Below are positions 39,312 through 48,270 of a stretch of DNA of 64,000 nucleotides, in pieces. Source of the stretch: an uncultured delta proteobacterium (GTDB taxonomy: Bacteria; Desulfobacterota; Binatia; Binatales; Binataceae); the NCBI GenBank assembly GCA_963711565.1, contig CAVQEQ010000004.1, forward strand, positions 448,001-512,000, in the 5' to 3' direction. Under the pieces are notes generated by a model. That model worked only from the letters and a program-made list of their open reading frames with translations, had not been told where the DNA came from and did not search any database. Made by a program: the position numbers and the translations under genes. Within the stretch, counting starts at the first letter, position 1. The number at the start of each line of letters is the position of its first letter.

Positions 39312-40633
39312 TAATGCGCCGCGTTGGACATCGTCGCGGGGTTGAAAAAATTGTCCGTCGCGATTCCCATGTTGATGTACCAGCTCTCGTGCTCGTCGGT
39401 CTCGACTCCGGGCGACAGCACCACGGTCGAGAAGCCGGTGGTGACGTCCTCGTCGACCAGCGCCGTCTGGAACATCCGCTTGAACGGCCAGATCGCGACG
39501 CGCGCATCCGGAATCGGCCGGTCGCGATAGGCGTTGAACGTCGCGATCGTCTTCCACAGCTTGCCGTCGCGATCGTATTGATCCGACGCCGTGATGAACC
39601 ATCCTTCCGAGTCGATATAAAAGATCCGCTTCGGAATCGAAAGTGTGGTGCCGATCATCGAACTCGGTTTCGCGTCCGCCTCGATTACGAAAAGCCGCCG
39701 CATCTCCCAGTTCTCGGGGCAGATCGTTCGTCCGCCGTCCGTCGGGCACGCCTTGGCCGGCGAGTTCTCTCCATTCACCACGGCGAGCATCGGCTTCTCG
39801 CCGAGGAATTTGTAATCGAAATCCTCGATCTTCGCGGCGAAGCCAAAAAACGAATCGGGATCGAGATTGCTCGCGTAGGTCGCCGCCCCTGCTCCCGCCC
39901 CCGCGCCCGGTTGGTAAATACCGAGGACATCCGAGAGCTCGCTGGCCGAAGCGCGGATCGTATGCCGCGTGCGCGGATTCATCATCCAGCTATTGTCCTC
40001 GATCTTCGGATCGAGGCTGCGGTAGCGGATAAATCCGAATCCGCGCATCTCCGACGGTTCCAGAAACGGATACGCGCCGAAGCGGTAGCGGATCCCCGCC
40101 CTCGTCGCCTCTGGATCGGTCGGGATCGGATTCACCTCGGTTCGCCCGGTGTTGTTGTAAAATCCCACGTTGCCGATCGTGAAATGCTCGACCGGATCGG
40201 AAGGCGTCGAGCCGGGCCGGTAGCTCGCGATCTCGACGTTCTTCGATATCGCGTCGTCGGTGTAGAGCGGCCGGTAGCTGAAATTCCACATCACCTTCAG
40301 CGCCGCCTGCGGATCGTTCGCATCGACCAGCGGGAACGGCAGCCCGGCCGAATAGCCCTTCAATGTGCCATCGGGCGCGAGACTCACCTGCGGCGAATAT
40401 TTCTCGGTCGCCGATTTGTACGGCGGCGGCCACTCGAGGCGGTCCGTCGGCACGATCGTCATCGTCATGCCCTGCTTCACCAGAATCAGATTTCCCGGAC
40501 TGACAAGGTCGGCAACCTTGTCGGCGTTATCCTTGGTGATAGTGTCTCCGGGATTCACGCCGGCGAATGGCGATCCGGCGAGCGACAAAACCGCAATTGC
40601 AGCCAGCGCAACAACTTCAAGCTTTACTTTCAT
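39311..40633 (-). CDS. DUF1329 domain secreted protein
   Basis: Signal peptide; IT..N..K..D..SPG, Y..ATEK, Y.AGLPFP, MWN, YDRDGKLWK. Confidence 0.8.
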   Translation of the reverse strand: MKVKLEVVALAAIAVLSLAGSPFAGVNPGDTITKDNADKVADLVSPGNLILVKQGMTMTIVPTDRLEWPPPYKSATEKYSPQVSLAPDGTLKGYSAGLPFPLVDANDPQAALKVMWNFSYRPLYTDDAISKNVEIASYRPGSTPSDPVEHFTIGNVGFYNNTGRTEVNPIPTDPEATRAGIRYRFGAYPFLEPSEMRGFGFIRYRSLDPKIEDNSWMMNPRTRHTIRASASELSDVLGIYQPGAGAGAGAATYASNLDPDSFFGFAAKIEDFDYKFLGEKPMLAVVNGENSPAKACPTDGGRTICPENWEMRRLFVIEADAKPSSMIGTTLSIPKRIFYIDSEGWFITASDQYDRDGKLWKTIATFNAYRDRPIPDARVAIWPFKRMFQTALVDEDVTTGFSTVVLSPGVETDEHESWYINMGIATDNFFNPATMSNAAH

Positions 40634-40669
40634 TTTGGCACCCGACCTCGCTTCGAAAAATTTGTGCGG

Positions 40670-41407
40670 CTAGAAGCTGACGCGTTTGAACCGGCTTTCG
40701 GGAATCAGACGGATTGCGCCCATGATCAAGCGCCAGAACCACGGCACATATACGACTTCGGCGCGTTTGCGATACGCCGCGTAAATCAGGTCGGCGGCTT
40801 TGGTCGGCGCAATCGTCAGCAGCGCACCCTCGCGGCCCCAGGTCATGCGCGTATCGACCGTGCCGAGCTTCACCGTCATCACATGCACGTCGCTGGCCGC
40901 GAGCCGCCCGCGCAAGCCTTGCGTAAAAGTAGCGAGCGCGCCCTTGGCCGAACCGTACACGTAATTCTTCTTGCGCCCGCGCTCGCCGGCGACCGATCCG
41001 ATCACGATGATAAAGCCCGACCGTTGTTGTTCGAGATGGCGCGCGGCGAGCGTGATCAACGACACGGCGCCGGTGAAGTTCTGATTGATCGTCGCGAGCG
41101 CGTCTGTCGGGTCGGTCTGCGCGGCGTCTTCGTCGCCGAGCGTGCCGAAGCATACGACGACGCCGTCGAGTCCGCCGAGCGTTGTCGCGACGTGGCGGAT
41201 AAACTCGTCATGCGCCGCGAAGTCCGCCGCGTCGAAGGTCCCGGAAAGTGCGCTCACGCCCGCTCGAGCACCAACGTCTTCCGCAACGCGGCGAGCCTCG
41301 TCGGCGTCGCGAGCGGCCAGGTACAAATGGGCGCCGTCGGACGCGAACCGGATCGCGAGTGCGCGTGCGATCGGACTGGTGGCGCCAAGGATCAGGACTC
41401 TATTCAT
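40670..41407 (-). CDS. DprE2-like short-chain dehydrogenase
   Basis: VLILGATSPIARA, GSVAGERGR..NYVYGSAK, G.VDT.MT; adjacent to dprE1-like gene. Confidence 0.85.
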   Translation of the reverse strand: MNRVLILGATSPIARALAIRFASDGAHLYLAARDADEARRVAEDVGARAGVSALSGTFDAADFAAHDEFIRHVATTLGGLDGVVVCFGTLGDEDAAQTDPTDALATINQNFTGAVSLITLAARHLEQQRSGFIIVIGSVAGERGRKKNYVYGSAKGALATFTQGLRGRLAASDVHVMTVKLGTVDTRMTWGREGALLTIAPTKAADLIYAAYRKRAEVVYVPWFWRLIMGAIRLIPESRFKRVSF

Positions 41408-41430
41408 CTTTCCTGTAAGCGGGACGGAAT

Positions 41431-42810
41431 TTATTCCGTCATCCCGAGCCTGCGCGACAGGCTCGACGAGAAGCGGTTGCCGGGATCGGCGAGTGTCTTC
41501 GCCGTCTGCCACCTGTTGAGATTCGGATACATCGCGCGAAACGTCTCGGCCGACATGCGCGCGTCCTTGGCCAGGTACACCCGCCCGCCGCGCTTCAGCA
41601 CCATCGCGTCGAGCGTATCGAGAAATTCCAGCAGCCCGTCCGTCACCGGGAAGTCGAGCGCGAGCGTGTAGCCGGGCATCGGGAACGAAAGCAGGCCGTC
41701 CTGCGCGCCGAACTTCTTGAGCACCGCGAGAAACGATCCGCGCCCGCTCCGCGAGATCGCCTCGAGCACCTCGACCAGCCCCGCGCGGCTCTCGTCGGGC
41801 GGCCACACGCATTGATACTGGACGAAGCCGCGGCGGCCGTAGATTCGATTCCAGTTGCGGATCGAATCGAGCGGATAGAAAAAACTCTCCCAGTCGAAGA
41901 TAGTGTGCGCCGCCCTGTCGCGATTGAACGCCCAGATGACAGCGTTGAACGCCCTGATGCTCAGCGAGTTCAGCGTAAAGCCCGGAAGATCGAACGGCAC
42001 GATCGGGCTGAGCTTCGGCATCGTGCTCAGCGGATTCTGCGCGAGATTTGGCGGCAATCGCTCGAGCGTCGCAAAATTGCCGACGTTGAGCACCGAGCGT
42101 CCCAGAGCGGATTTGCCGCTGTTGCAATCGATCCACGCAACCGAATAACCGTACTGCGCGTCGGTGCGCTCGAAGGCCTCGATCGCGGCATCGATATTAC
42201 GCGCGCGGATCGACTCGCCATCGAGATAAGCGCTTTCGACCCGCCGCATCCGGAGTTCAAGCTCGAGAATCACGCCGGTGAGGCCCATCCCGCCGACCGT
42301 CGCCCAGAAAAACGCGGCGTTCTCTTCGCGCGAGCATCTCAGCACCTCGCCCGACGCGATCATCAGATCGAACCACGTCACATGCGCGGCCAACGAAGAG
42401 TCGCGATGATGATTCTTGCCGTGAACGTCAGCCGCTACGGATCCGCCAAGCGTGACGAAGCGCGTGCCGGGAGTGACCGGCGGAAAAAACCCGCGCGGCA
42501 GAAACACGTCGATCAGCTCGGCGATAGTAACCCCAGCCTCGCACCGCAGCAGCCCCGAGGTGGCATCGAACGCCAGTATCCGATTCAGCCGCGTCAAATC
42601 GACCACGCGATTCTGATCGTTAAGCGCCGCATCGCCATAAGCCCGTCCCGCCCCCCGCGCAATGAGCGACGATGTATTCGCGGTAACAACCGCCGCCAGC
42701 TCTGCGATTCGATCGGGCCGATAAACATCGCTCTCAGAAAGCGGATATCGCCCCCACCCGGTGAGCAAGGCATGCCGAGGATTCGGCGCGGAGTTCGTGG
42801 TCGTCGTCAT
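41431..42810 (-). CDS. DprE1-like FAD-binding oxidoreductase
   Basis: GWGR, RGAGRAYGDAA, VTPGT.FVTLGG..A.DVHGKNHH, YSVAWID, WNRIYG..GF.QYQ, GGRVYLAKD. Confidence 0.88.
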   Translation of the reverse strand: MTTTTNSAPNPRHALLTGWGRYPLSESDVYRPDRIAELAAVVTANTSSLIARGAGRAYGDAALNDQNRVVDLTRLNRILAFDATSGLLRCEAGVTIAELIDVFLPRGFFPPVTPGTRFVTLGGSVAADVHGKNHHRDSSLAAHVTWFDLMIASGEVLRCSREENAAFFWATVGGMGLTGVILELELRMRRVESAYLDGESIRARNIDAAIEAFERTDAQYGYSVAWIDCNSGKSALGRSVLNVGNFATLERLPPNLAQNPLSTMPKLSPIVPFDLPGFTLNSLSIRAFNAVIWAFNRDRAAHTIFDWESFFYPLDSIRNWNRIYGRRGFVQYQCVWPPDESRAGLVEVLEAISRSGRGSFLAVLKKFGAQDGLLSFPMPGYTLALDFPVTDGLLEFLDTLDAMVLKRGGRVYLAKDARMSAETFRAMYPNLNRWQTAKTLADPGNRFSSSLSRRLGMTE

Positions 42811-42924
42811 AGCGAAAAGATCGCAGCTGGCATTGAAGCTAACAGGAAGAACACAACTGAGAAACGCCCGCAAGAGTGAGTGGCGCGCGCGTTGCGGAGA
42901 GCCCAAGGGAGAACTTAATCGTAT

Positions 42925-42982
42925 GCGAAACCCGCCGTGGGTTTCGCGCATCCTTGGGCAGGGGTGACCCCTGCACCCAGTG
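42925..42982 (+). repeat. REP-like family A copy, left of ion-channel gene
   Basis: GCGAAACCC-gccgt-GGGTTTCGC gcatccttgg GCAGGGG-tga-CCCCTGC ACCCAGTG. Confidence 0.85.
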
Positions 42983-43031
42983 ACGAATGACTTCTGTCAC
43001 GCGCTGGTGTATCTCTCTCGACTTGCTCCTC

Positions 43032-44117
43032 ATGAGACCGAGAAGAAATGTCGCCGCTATTGCGACCGGCGTAATTGCGATCGCGATCGTCCTGGTCTGC
43101 TCATCCGGTCGCGTTCGCGCGGCGAGTACGTCTGCGCTCGACTCGACGCCTGCCGTCAATTCGCTGCTTAGTCCGCCCAATTCGGATGGCAATCGAATCC
43201 CGGTCGCAATCGCGCTGCGGGTGATCAATATCTCCGACGTTGACGAGGTAAGGCAGCGGTTTTCGATGGTTGGCTATCTGATCGCGGATTGGAAGGATCC
43301 GCGGCTTGCATTCACGCCCCGGGCTCGATGGGAGAAGTTTCGCACCTATTCCACCGACCAGGTCTGGAGCCCGCACTTCGACTTCGTCAACGGCGTCGTG
43401 CCGCACCTGGCGAGCGACATGACGATGCGCGTGTATCCCGACGGCACAGTGAGATACTCCGAGCGCTCGAGTGCCGAACTTTCAAACATTTTTCACTTGC
43501 GGACTTTTCCCTTCGACCGGCAAACGCTCGAGATCCTGATCCATCCGATGGTCGCAGAAGGCAGAATAGTCGAATTCTCGACGCTGGGAGGCGAACACTC
43601 GATCAGCGCCGAGCCGCGCGTATATTCCTCGCTCGCGGATTGGCGGGTAACGGGAACGGCGGCGTCGGTCCAGCAAATCCCGGGTATCGGTGATGAATCG
43701 GTCAGCCAGGTAAGCTTCACGCTCTCGATCGCCCGCCGGTCCAACTTCTACCTGTGGAAAGTGTTCGTGCCGCTGCTGCTCATGGTGATTCTGTCCTGGA
43801 CCGTGTTCTGGATCGAAGCCTCGGAATTGAATAGCCAGGTGGATATCTCCGCCACAACTATTCTGACCGTTATCGCCTTCGCGTTCGCGATTCAGGCCAA
43901 CCTGCCGAAGGTGCCATATCTCACGTTCATCGATGTATTTTTCCTGGTCTGCTACCTGTTCGTGTTCTTTCCGGCGATCGAGATTACGGTGCTGCACCGG
44001 GCATCGCGATCGGGACACGAGATATTCGCGCGGCGGGTGAACCGTCTCAGCCGAATCTTTGTGCCAGTCGCGTTCGTTGCGGCGAACGTTCTGATCGTCG
44101 CCTGCTATTTCGGCTAG
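43032..44117 (+). CDS. Prokaryotic pentameric ligand-gated ion channel (GLIC/ELIC-like)
   Basis: N-terminal signal/TM, WKDPRL, WSPHFDFVN, FPFDRQTL (Pro-loop), pre-M1 RR..FYLWK.FVPL, LPKVPYLT, four C-terminal TMs. Confidence 0.88.
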   Translation: MRPRRNVAAIATGVIAIAIVLVCSSGRVRAASTSALDSTPAVNSLLSPPNSDGNRIPVAIALRVINISDVDEVRQRFSMVGYLIADWKDPRLAFTPRARWEKFRTYSTDQVWSPHFDFVNGVVPHLASDMTMRVYPDGTVRYSERSSAELSNIFHLRTFPFDRQTLEILIHPMVAEGRIVEFSTLGGEHSISAEPRVYSSLADWRVTGTAASVQQIPGIGDESVSQVSFTLSIARRSNFYLWKVFVPLLLMVILSWTVFWIEASELNSQVDISATTILTVIAFAFAIQANLPKVPYLTFIDVFFLVCYLFVFFPAIEITVLHRASRSGHEIFARRVNRLSRIFVPVAFVAANVLIVACYFG

Positions 44118-44131
44118 CGGGACTCGTCACG

Positions 44132-44210
44132 TCTTAACACCGGGTGCAGGGGTCCGCGACGGTGTCGACACCCCTGCCCAAGGAAGGGTGAAACCCACGG
44201 TGGGTTTCAC
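44132..44210 (-). repeat. REP-like family A copy, right of ion-channel gene (inverted, enlarged loop)
   Basis: Reverse complement reads GTGAAACCC-accgt-GGGTTTCAC ccttccttgg GCAGGGG-(18 nt)-CCCCTGC ACCCGGTGTTAAGA. Confidence 0.85.
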
Positions 44211-44265
44211 ATTCAATCTCTGCGTGGTTTATAGATCGAGAATCGCATTTGTGCAGGAGAATAGT

Positions 44266-45822
44266 ATGTCGTGGGAGAAGGAAGTTGAAGAAATTCGCCG
44301 TCGCGTCGAGCTCGCGAAGGGGATGGGCGGCGATGAGAACATCAAGCGCCAGCATGATGGCGGCAAGCTCACCGTGCGCGAGCGGATCGAGCGGCTGCTC
44401 GATGCGGGCACGTTTCACGAGTACGGCGCGCTGGCGGGATCTCCGAAATACGAGGGCGAGATGCTCGCGTCGATCATGCCGGCGAACTTCGTCGGCGGCA
44501 CCGGGCGAATCAACGGACGGCGCGTCGTGGTCGGCGGCGACGATTTCACGGTGCGCGGCGGCGCCGCCGACGCAAATATCGGCAACAAGCGCAGTTACGC
44601 GGAACTGATCGCGCACGAACTGCATATCCCGATTATTCGGCTGGTCGATGGGACCGGTGGCGGCGGCAGCGTGAAGTCGTTCGAAACCGTCAAGCGGACC
44701 TACGTCCCGGCGAATCCCGACTTCGATGTGCTGGTGAAGCTGATGGGCGAGGTGCCTGTGGTCGCGGGATGCATGGGGTCGGTCGCGGGAATCGGCGCGG
44801 CGCGGGTGGCGGCGTCGCATTTCTCGGTGATGATTCGCGGGACGAGTCAGCTCTTCGTGGCGGGACCTCCGGTCGTCAAATGGGGCGTCGGCGAGGATCT
44901 TAGCAAGGAGGAACTCGGCGGCGCCGAAATCCACGCGCACATGAGCGGCGCGGTGGACAACGAGGCCGAGAGCGAGGACGACGCGTTCGCGCAGATTCGC
45001 CGCTTCCTGTCGTACCTGCCGAATAGCGTGTGGAATGTGCCGCCGCGAATCACGCCCGCCGACGATCCCGCTCGCCGCGAAGAGGAGCTGATCAGCATCG
45101 TGCCGCGCAATCGACGCCACGGTTACGACGCGCGGCGAATCGTCGAGCTCGTGATGGATCGCGAGTCATTTTTCGAGATGACGCCGTTCTTCGGGCCGTC
45201 GCTGGTGACGGGCTTCGCGCTGCTCGACGGATTTCCCGTCGGCGTGATGGCGAACGATCCGTTTTCGATTGGCGGCTCGCTCGACGGGCCGGCGTCGGAC
45301 AAGATGGTCAAGTTTATCGACCTCTGCGACACCTTCCATCTGCCGGTCGTGAACTTCGTCGATCAGCCGGGCTTCCTGATTGGGCGCGAGGCCGAGATGG
45401 CGGGGACGATTCGGCGCGGCGTGCGCGCGCTGTACGCGATGTTCCAGACGACGACGCCGCTGGTTGCGATCATGGTGCGCAAGGCGTTCGGCGTTGCGGG
45501 CGCGGGTCATGGAATCACGACCGGGTTGAATCTGCGCTACGCGTGGCCGTCGGCGGATTGGGGATCATTGCCGATCGAGGGCGGAATCGAGGCGGCGTAC
45601 AAGCGCGACCTCGCGGCGTCGAGCGATCCGGAAAAGTTGCGCAAGGAGCTCGAGGACAAGTTCAACGCGATCCGCTCGCCACTGCGCACCGCCGAGGCGT
45701 TCGGCATCGAGGAGATAATCGATCCGCGCGACACGCGGCCGATTCTCGTCAACTGGGTGCATCAGGCGTACGAGATCGTGCCGACGCAGTTGGGGATTCG
45801 CACGCGCACGATGCGGCCGTAG
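44266..45822 (+). CDS. Acyl-CoA carboxylase carboxyltransferase subunit
   Basis: GKLTVRERIE.LLD, DDFTVRGG, EELGG, FHLPVVNFVDQPGF, IIDPRDTR; AGGAG RBS. Confidence 0.9.
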   Translation: MSWEKEVEEIRRRVELAKGMGGDENIKRQHDGGKLTVRERIERLLDAGTFHEYGALAGSPKYEGEMLASIMPANFVGGTGRINGRRVVVGGDDFTVRGGAADANIGNKRSYAELIAHELHIPIIRLVDGTGGGGSVKSFETVKRTYVPANPDFDVLVKLMGEVPVVAGCMGSVAGIGAARVAASHFSVMIRGTSQLFVAGPPVVKWGVGEDLSKEELGGAEIHAHMSGAVDNEAESEDDAFAQIRRFLSYLPNSVWNVPPRITPADDPARREEELISIVPRNRRHGYDARRIVELVMDRESFFEMTPFFGPSLVTGFALLDGFPVGVMANDPFSIGGSLDGPASDKMVKFIDLCDTFHLPVVNFVDQPGFLIGREAEMAGTIRRGVRALYAMFQTTTPLVAIMVRKAFGVAGAGHGITTGLNLRYAWPSADWGSLPIEGGIEAAYKRDLAASSDPEKLRKELEDKFNAIRSPLRTAEAFGIEEIIDPRDTRPILVNWVHQAYEIVPTQLGIRTRTMRP

Positions 45823-45828
45823 GGCAGA

Positions 45829-47172
45829 CTAGCCGGCGGTTGCGCGATCTGCCGCTGGCGCGGCGTGCGCGGGCTCTTCGACCGCGGCGTGGCCGCGCGT
45901 GAAGGCCATCGCGACGATGAAGACGATCATTCCGCCGAGCGCGACCTTGACCCATTCGCCCCAGCCGTAATGCACCGCGACGTAGAGCGACAGCGGCGCC
46001 GAGATCGCCACCCACGCGCGCGCGACCAGCCCGAAGAACGCCCATCCCGTCGCTTGCAGTGCGGGCGAGACGTCCTCGAGCGCTTCCGAGAACTGCGCGG
46101 CCCACGGCACGTAGGCGATTGCGAGGAAGCATCCCATCAGCGACGCCACCATTATCAGCGTCGCGCGCGGCATCTCAGTGCCAAACTTCGGAATCCACCA
46201 CGCCATCAGAAGGGCCGCGAGGATGCCGCCGAAGATCGCGATGGGTTTGCGGATTTGCAGGCGGTCAGACACGAGTCCGGTTAGCACCAGTACGGCGAGA
46301 TTCGTCAGCCAGAAGTACTCGTTCATCTTCGCGGCCTCGGCGGGCGCGTAATGGAACGCCTCGGTGAACATCAACGGCCCGAAGCCCTGGATCGCGAAGT
46401 ACAGCGTCAAGTTCGCGGTGATCCCGAGCACGAGCAGCCATACTTCAAGATGACTCAGCAGGCGGCGAAAAGCGTCTCGGGTGCTGGAGGGAAGTTCGGA
46501 AGCGGCGGGCAGGCGTCCCTCGGCGGCGAGCGCCTCGATTTCAGTCTTCATGATCTGCATCCGCAGCTCAGGGCTTAGATCGCGCAACCAGATCACGATC
46601 GGGACGTACATCGCGACCGCGAAGAATCCCATGATCCAAATCTGCGATTGCCAGGTGTGATAGATCGGCAGCGTCTGGCCGGCGACGAAGTTGGACAGGA
46701 AGTTCGCGCCGACCGGGCCAATCGTCAGCAGTCCGAATGCGAGCGCGCGGCTGAGCCGCGGTGACATGTCGCGAATCAGGGCCGCGCCGGCGCTGGCCGT
46801 CAGGCCCGCGACGATTCCCATCAGCGTGCGCAGGATCACGAAGGTCACGATGTTGGTGATCAGCACGTTCAGGAACAACAGGACGGTGACGAAGCCGAGA
46901 CATACGTCGATGATGAGGACGCGGCCGTAACGGTCCGCCAGCGGACCGCCGAAGAATGCCGAGATGCCGGAAATCAGCACTGTGAACGTGATGAAGATGC
47001 CGTAGGCGGTGTGGCTCATGTGCAGGTACGGCAGCAGGATCGGCAGCAGCGGGGCGAGCTGGAAGTCGTACGCGCCGAGAATCGAGGCGAGCACTGTGAG
47101 TATCAGCAGCGACCATCGATGGCCGCCGCGCGGATATTCAGTGAGCGTTCGAGCCGCGACAAAACTATTCAT
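45829..47172 (-). CDS. MFS transporter
   Basis: ~12 TMs; GPLADRYGR motif A; GLVSDRL. Confidence 0.88.
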   Translation of the reverse strand: MNSFVAARTLTEYPRGGHRWSLLILTVLASILGAYDFQLAPLLPILLPYLHMSHTAYGIFITFTVLISGISAFFGGPLADRYGRVLIIDVCLGFVTVLLFLNVLITNIVTFVILRTLMGIVAGLTASAGAALIRDMSPRLSRALAFGLLTIGPVGANFLSNFVAGQTLPIYHTWQSQIWIMGFFAVAMYVPIVIWLRDLSPELRMQIMKTEIEALAAEGRLPAASELPSSTRDAFRRLLSHLEVWLLVLGITANLTLYFAIQGFGPLMFTEAFHYAPAEAAKMNEYFWLTNLAVLVLTGLVSDRLQIRKPIAIFGGILAALLMAWWIPKFGTEMPRATLIMVASLMGCFLAIAYVPWAAQFSEALEDVSPALQATGWAFFGLVARAWVAISAPLSLYVAVHYGWGEWVKVALGGMIVFIVAMAFTRGHAAVEEPAHAAPAADRATAG

Positions 47173-47318
47173 TTCGTTTCCCCATTAGCCGGACCGGTGC
47201 GCAGATTTAGTTTCTCTACAACCAAGCAACCCGAAAACACAAGGCGTTTTCTCAGCGCTGGTACATCGGTGCCATGCCTGCTAAGACGCCGAGAGTCTCG
47301 AGAAGGATTCGCTGAGCG

Positions 47319-47531
47319 ATGGATATAAAGAGCCCCGCCGTGGGCAAGGTGCTGCGACTCTCGATCGAGGCGGGCGCGCAAGTCGCGCGCGGCGACGAGC
47401 TGATGGTGATCGAATCGATGAAGGTCGAGATACCGGTGAAGGCGCCGGCCAACGGGCGCATCGTGGAGTTTCGCGTGAAGCCGGGCGATCAGATTCAGCG
47501 CAATTTCGTGCTCGCCGTGATCGAGACGTGA
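47319..47531 (+). CDS. Stand-alone biotin/lipoyl carrier protein
   Basis: IESMKVEIPV.AP..G; 70 aa. Confidence 0.88.
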   Translation: MDIKSPAVGKVLRLSIEAGAQVARGDELMVIESMKVEIPVKAPANGRIVEFRVKPGDQIQRNFVLAVIET

Positions 47532-47532
47532 T

Positions 47533-48186
47533 TCAGTCGGCGATACTGTCGCGGCGGGCGCCCCATTTTTCCCAGAACGTCACCTGCAGGGCAGGCTTGC
47601 GATCGGGGCGCGCCCATCGACCCTTCGGATAGCCCATCGGAATCAGCACGACGTTGGCGTACTCGGGCGGCACGCCGAGCATCGCGTCGATTTCCTTCGC
47701 GAACATCGTATGCATCCCGGTGATCGACGTGCCGAGGCCGTAGCCGCGCGCCGCCAGGCACAGATTCTGAATCGCCGGATAAATCGCGCCCCACATCGGC
47801 TGCCCGGCGCGTGCGCGATCGGTGTATTTTTTCACGCAGGCGAAAATCATCACAGGCACGTCGGCGATATGCTCGGCGAGATATTTTGCCGAGCGCAGAT
47901 TTCGCCCGCGCTGGCTTTGAGGATCGTTGGCGACGACTTCGCGCTCCGTCGGCGTGAACACGGCGTCCCACGCCTTGCGGTAACGCTCCGCAACAAATTC
48001 CTTCGCTTCGCGTTCCGTGACGACGATGAAAAACCAGGGCTGCCGATTATGTCCGCTCGGACCCATCGTCGCCGCCTCGATCACCTTGACGATGAGATTA
48101 GGCGCCACCGGGTCGGGCTTCAGCCGCCGCATCGAGCGCGTGGTGTAGATCGCTTCGTACAAATCGAATTCGTGATGGCCATGCAT
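47533..48186 (-). CDS. Nitroreductase family protein
   Basis: AIYTTRSMRRLKPDPV, PSGHNRQPW.F, QNLCLAARGYGLG, IPMGYP. Confidence 0.88.
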   Translation of the reverse strand: MHGHHEFDLYEAIYTTRSMRRLKPDPVAPNLIVKVIEAATMGPSGHNRQPWFFIVVTEREAKEFVAERYRKAWDAVFTPTEREVVANDPQSQRGRNLRSAKYLAEHIADVPVMIFACVKKYTDRARAGQPMWGAIYPAIQNLCLAARGYGLGTSITGMHTMFAKEIDAMLGVPPEYANVVLIPMGYPKGRWARPDRKPALQVTFWEKWGARRDSIAD

Positions 48187-48270
48187 GTTGGCGAACCTAT
48201 CAGTTTTCCAGTGGCGACCGGAACTTCTATGCGCTAAGAATCGACCAAGCTTCTTCCGCCGGAGGAAATC

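Noticed and set aside
39293-41671. 792-aa + strand ORF, and similar long ORFs such as 28011-29597, 27064-28989, 14844-16331 and 10901-11989
   Set aside because: Antisense or off-frame shadows of well-supported genes; Arg-rich translations with no motifs, expected at high GC.
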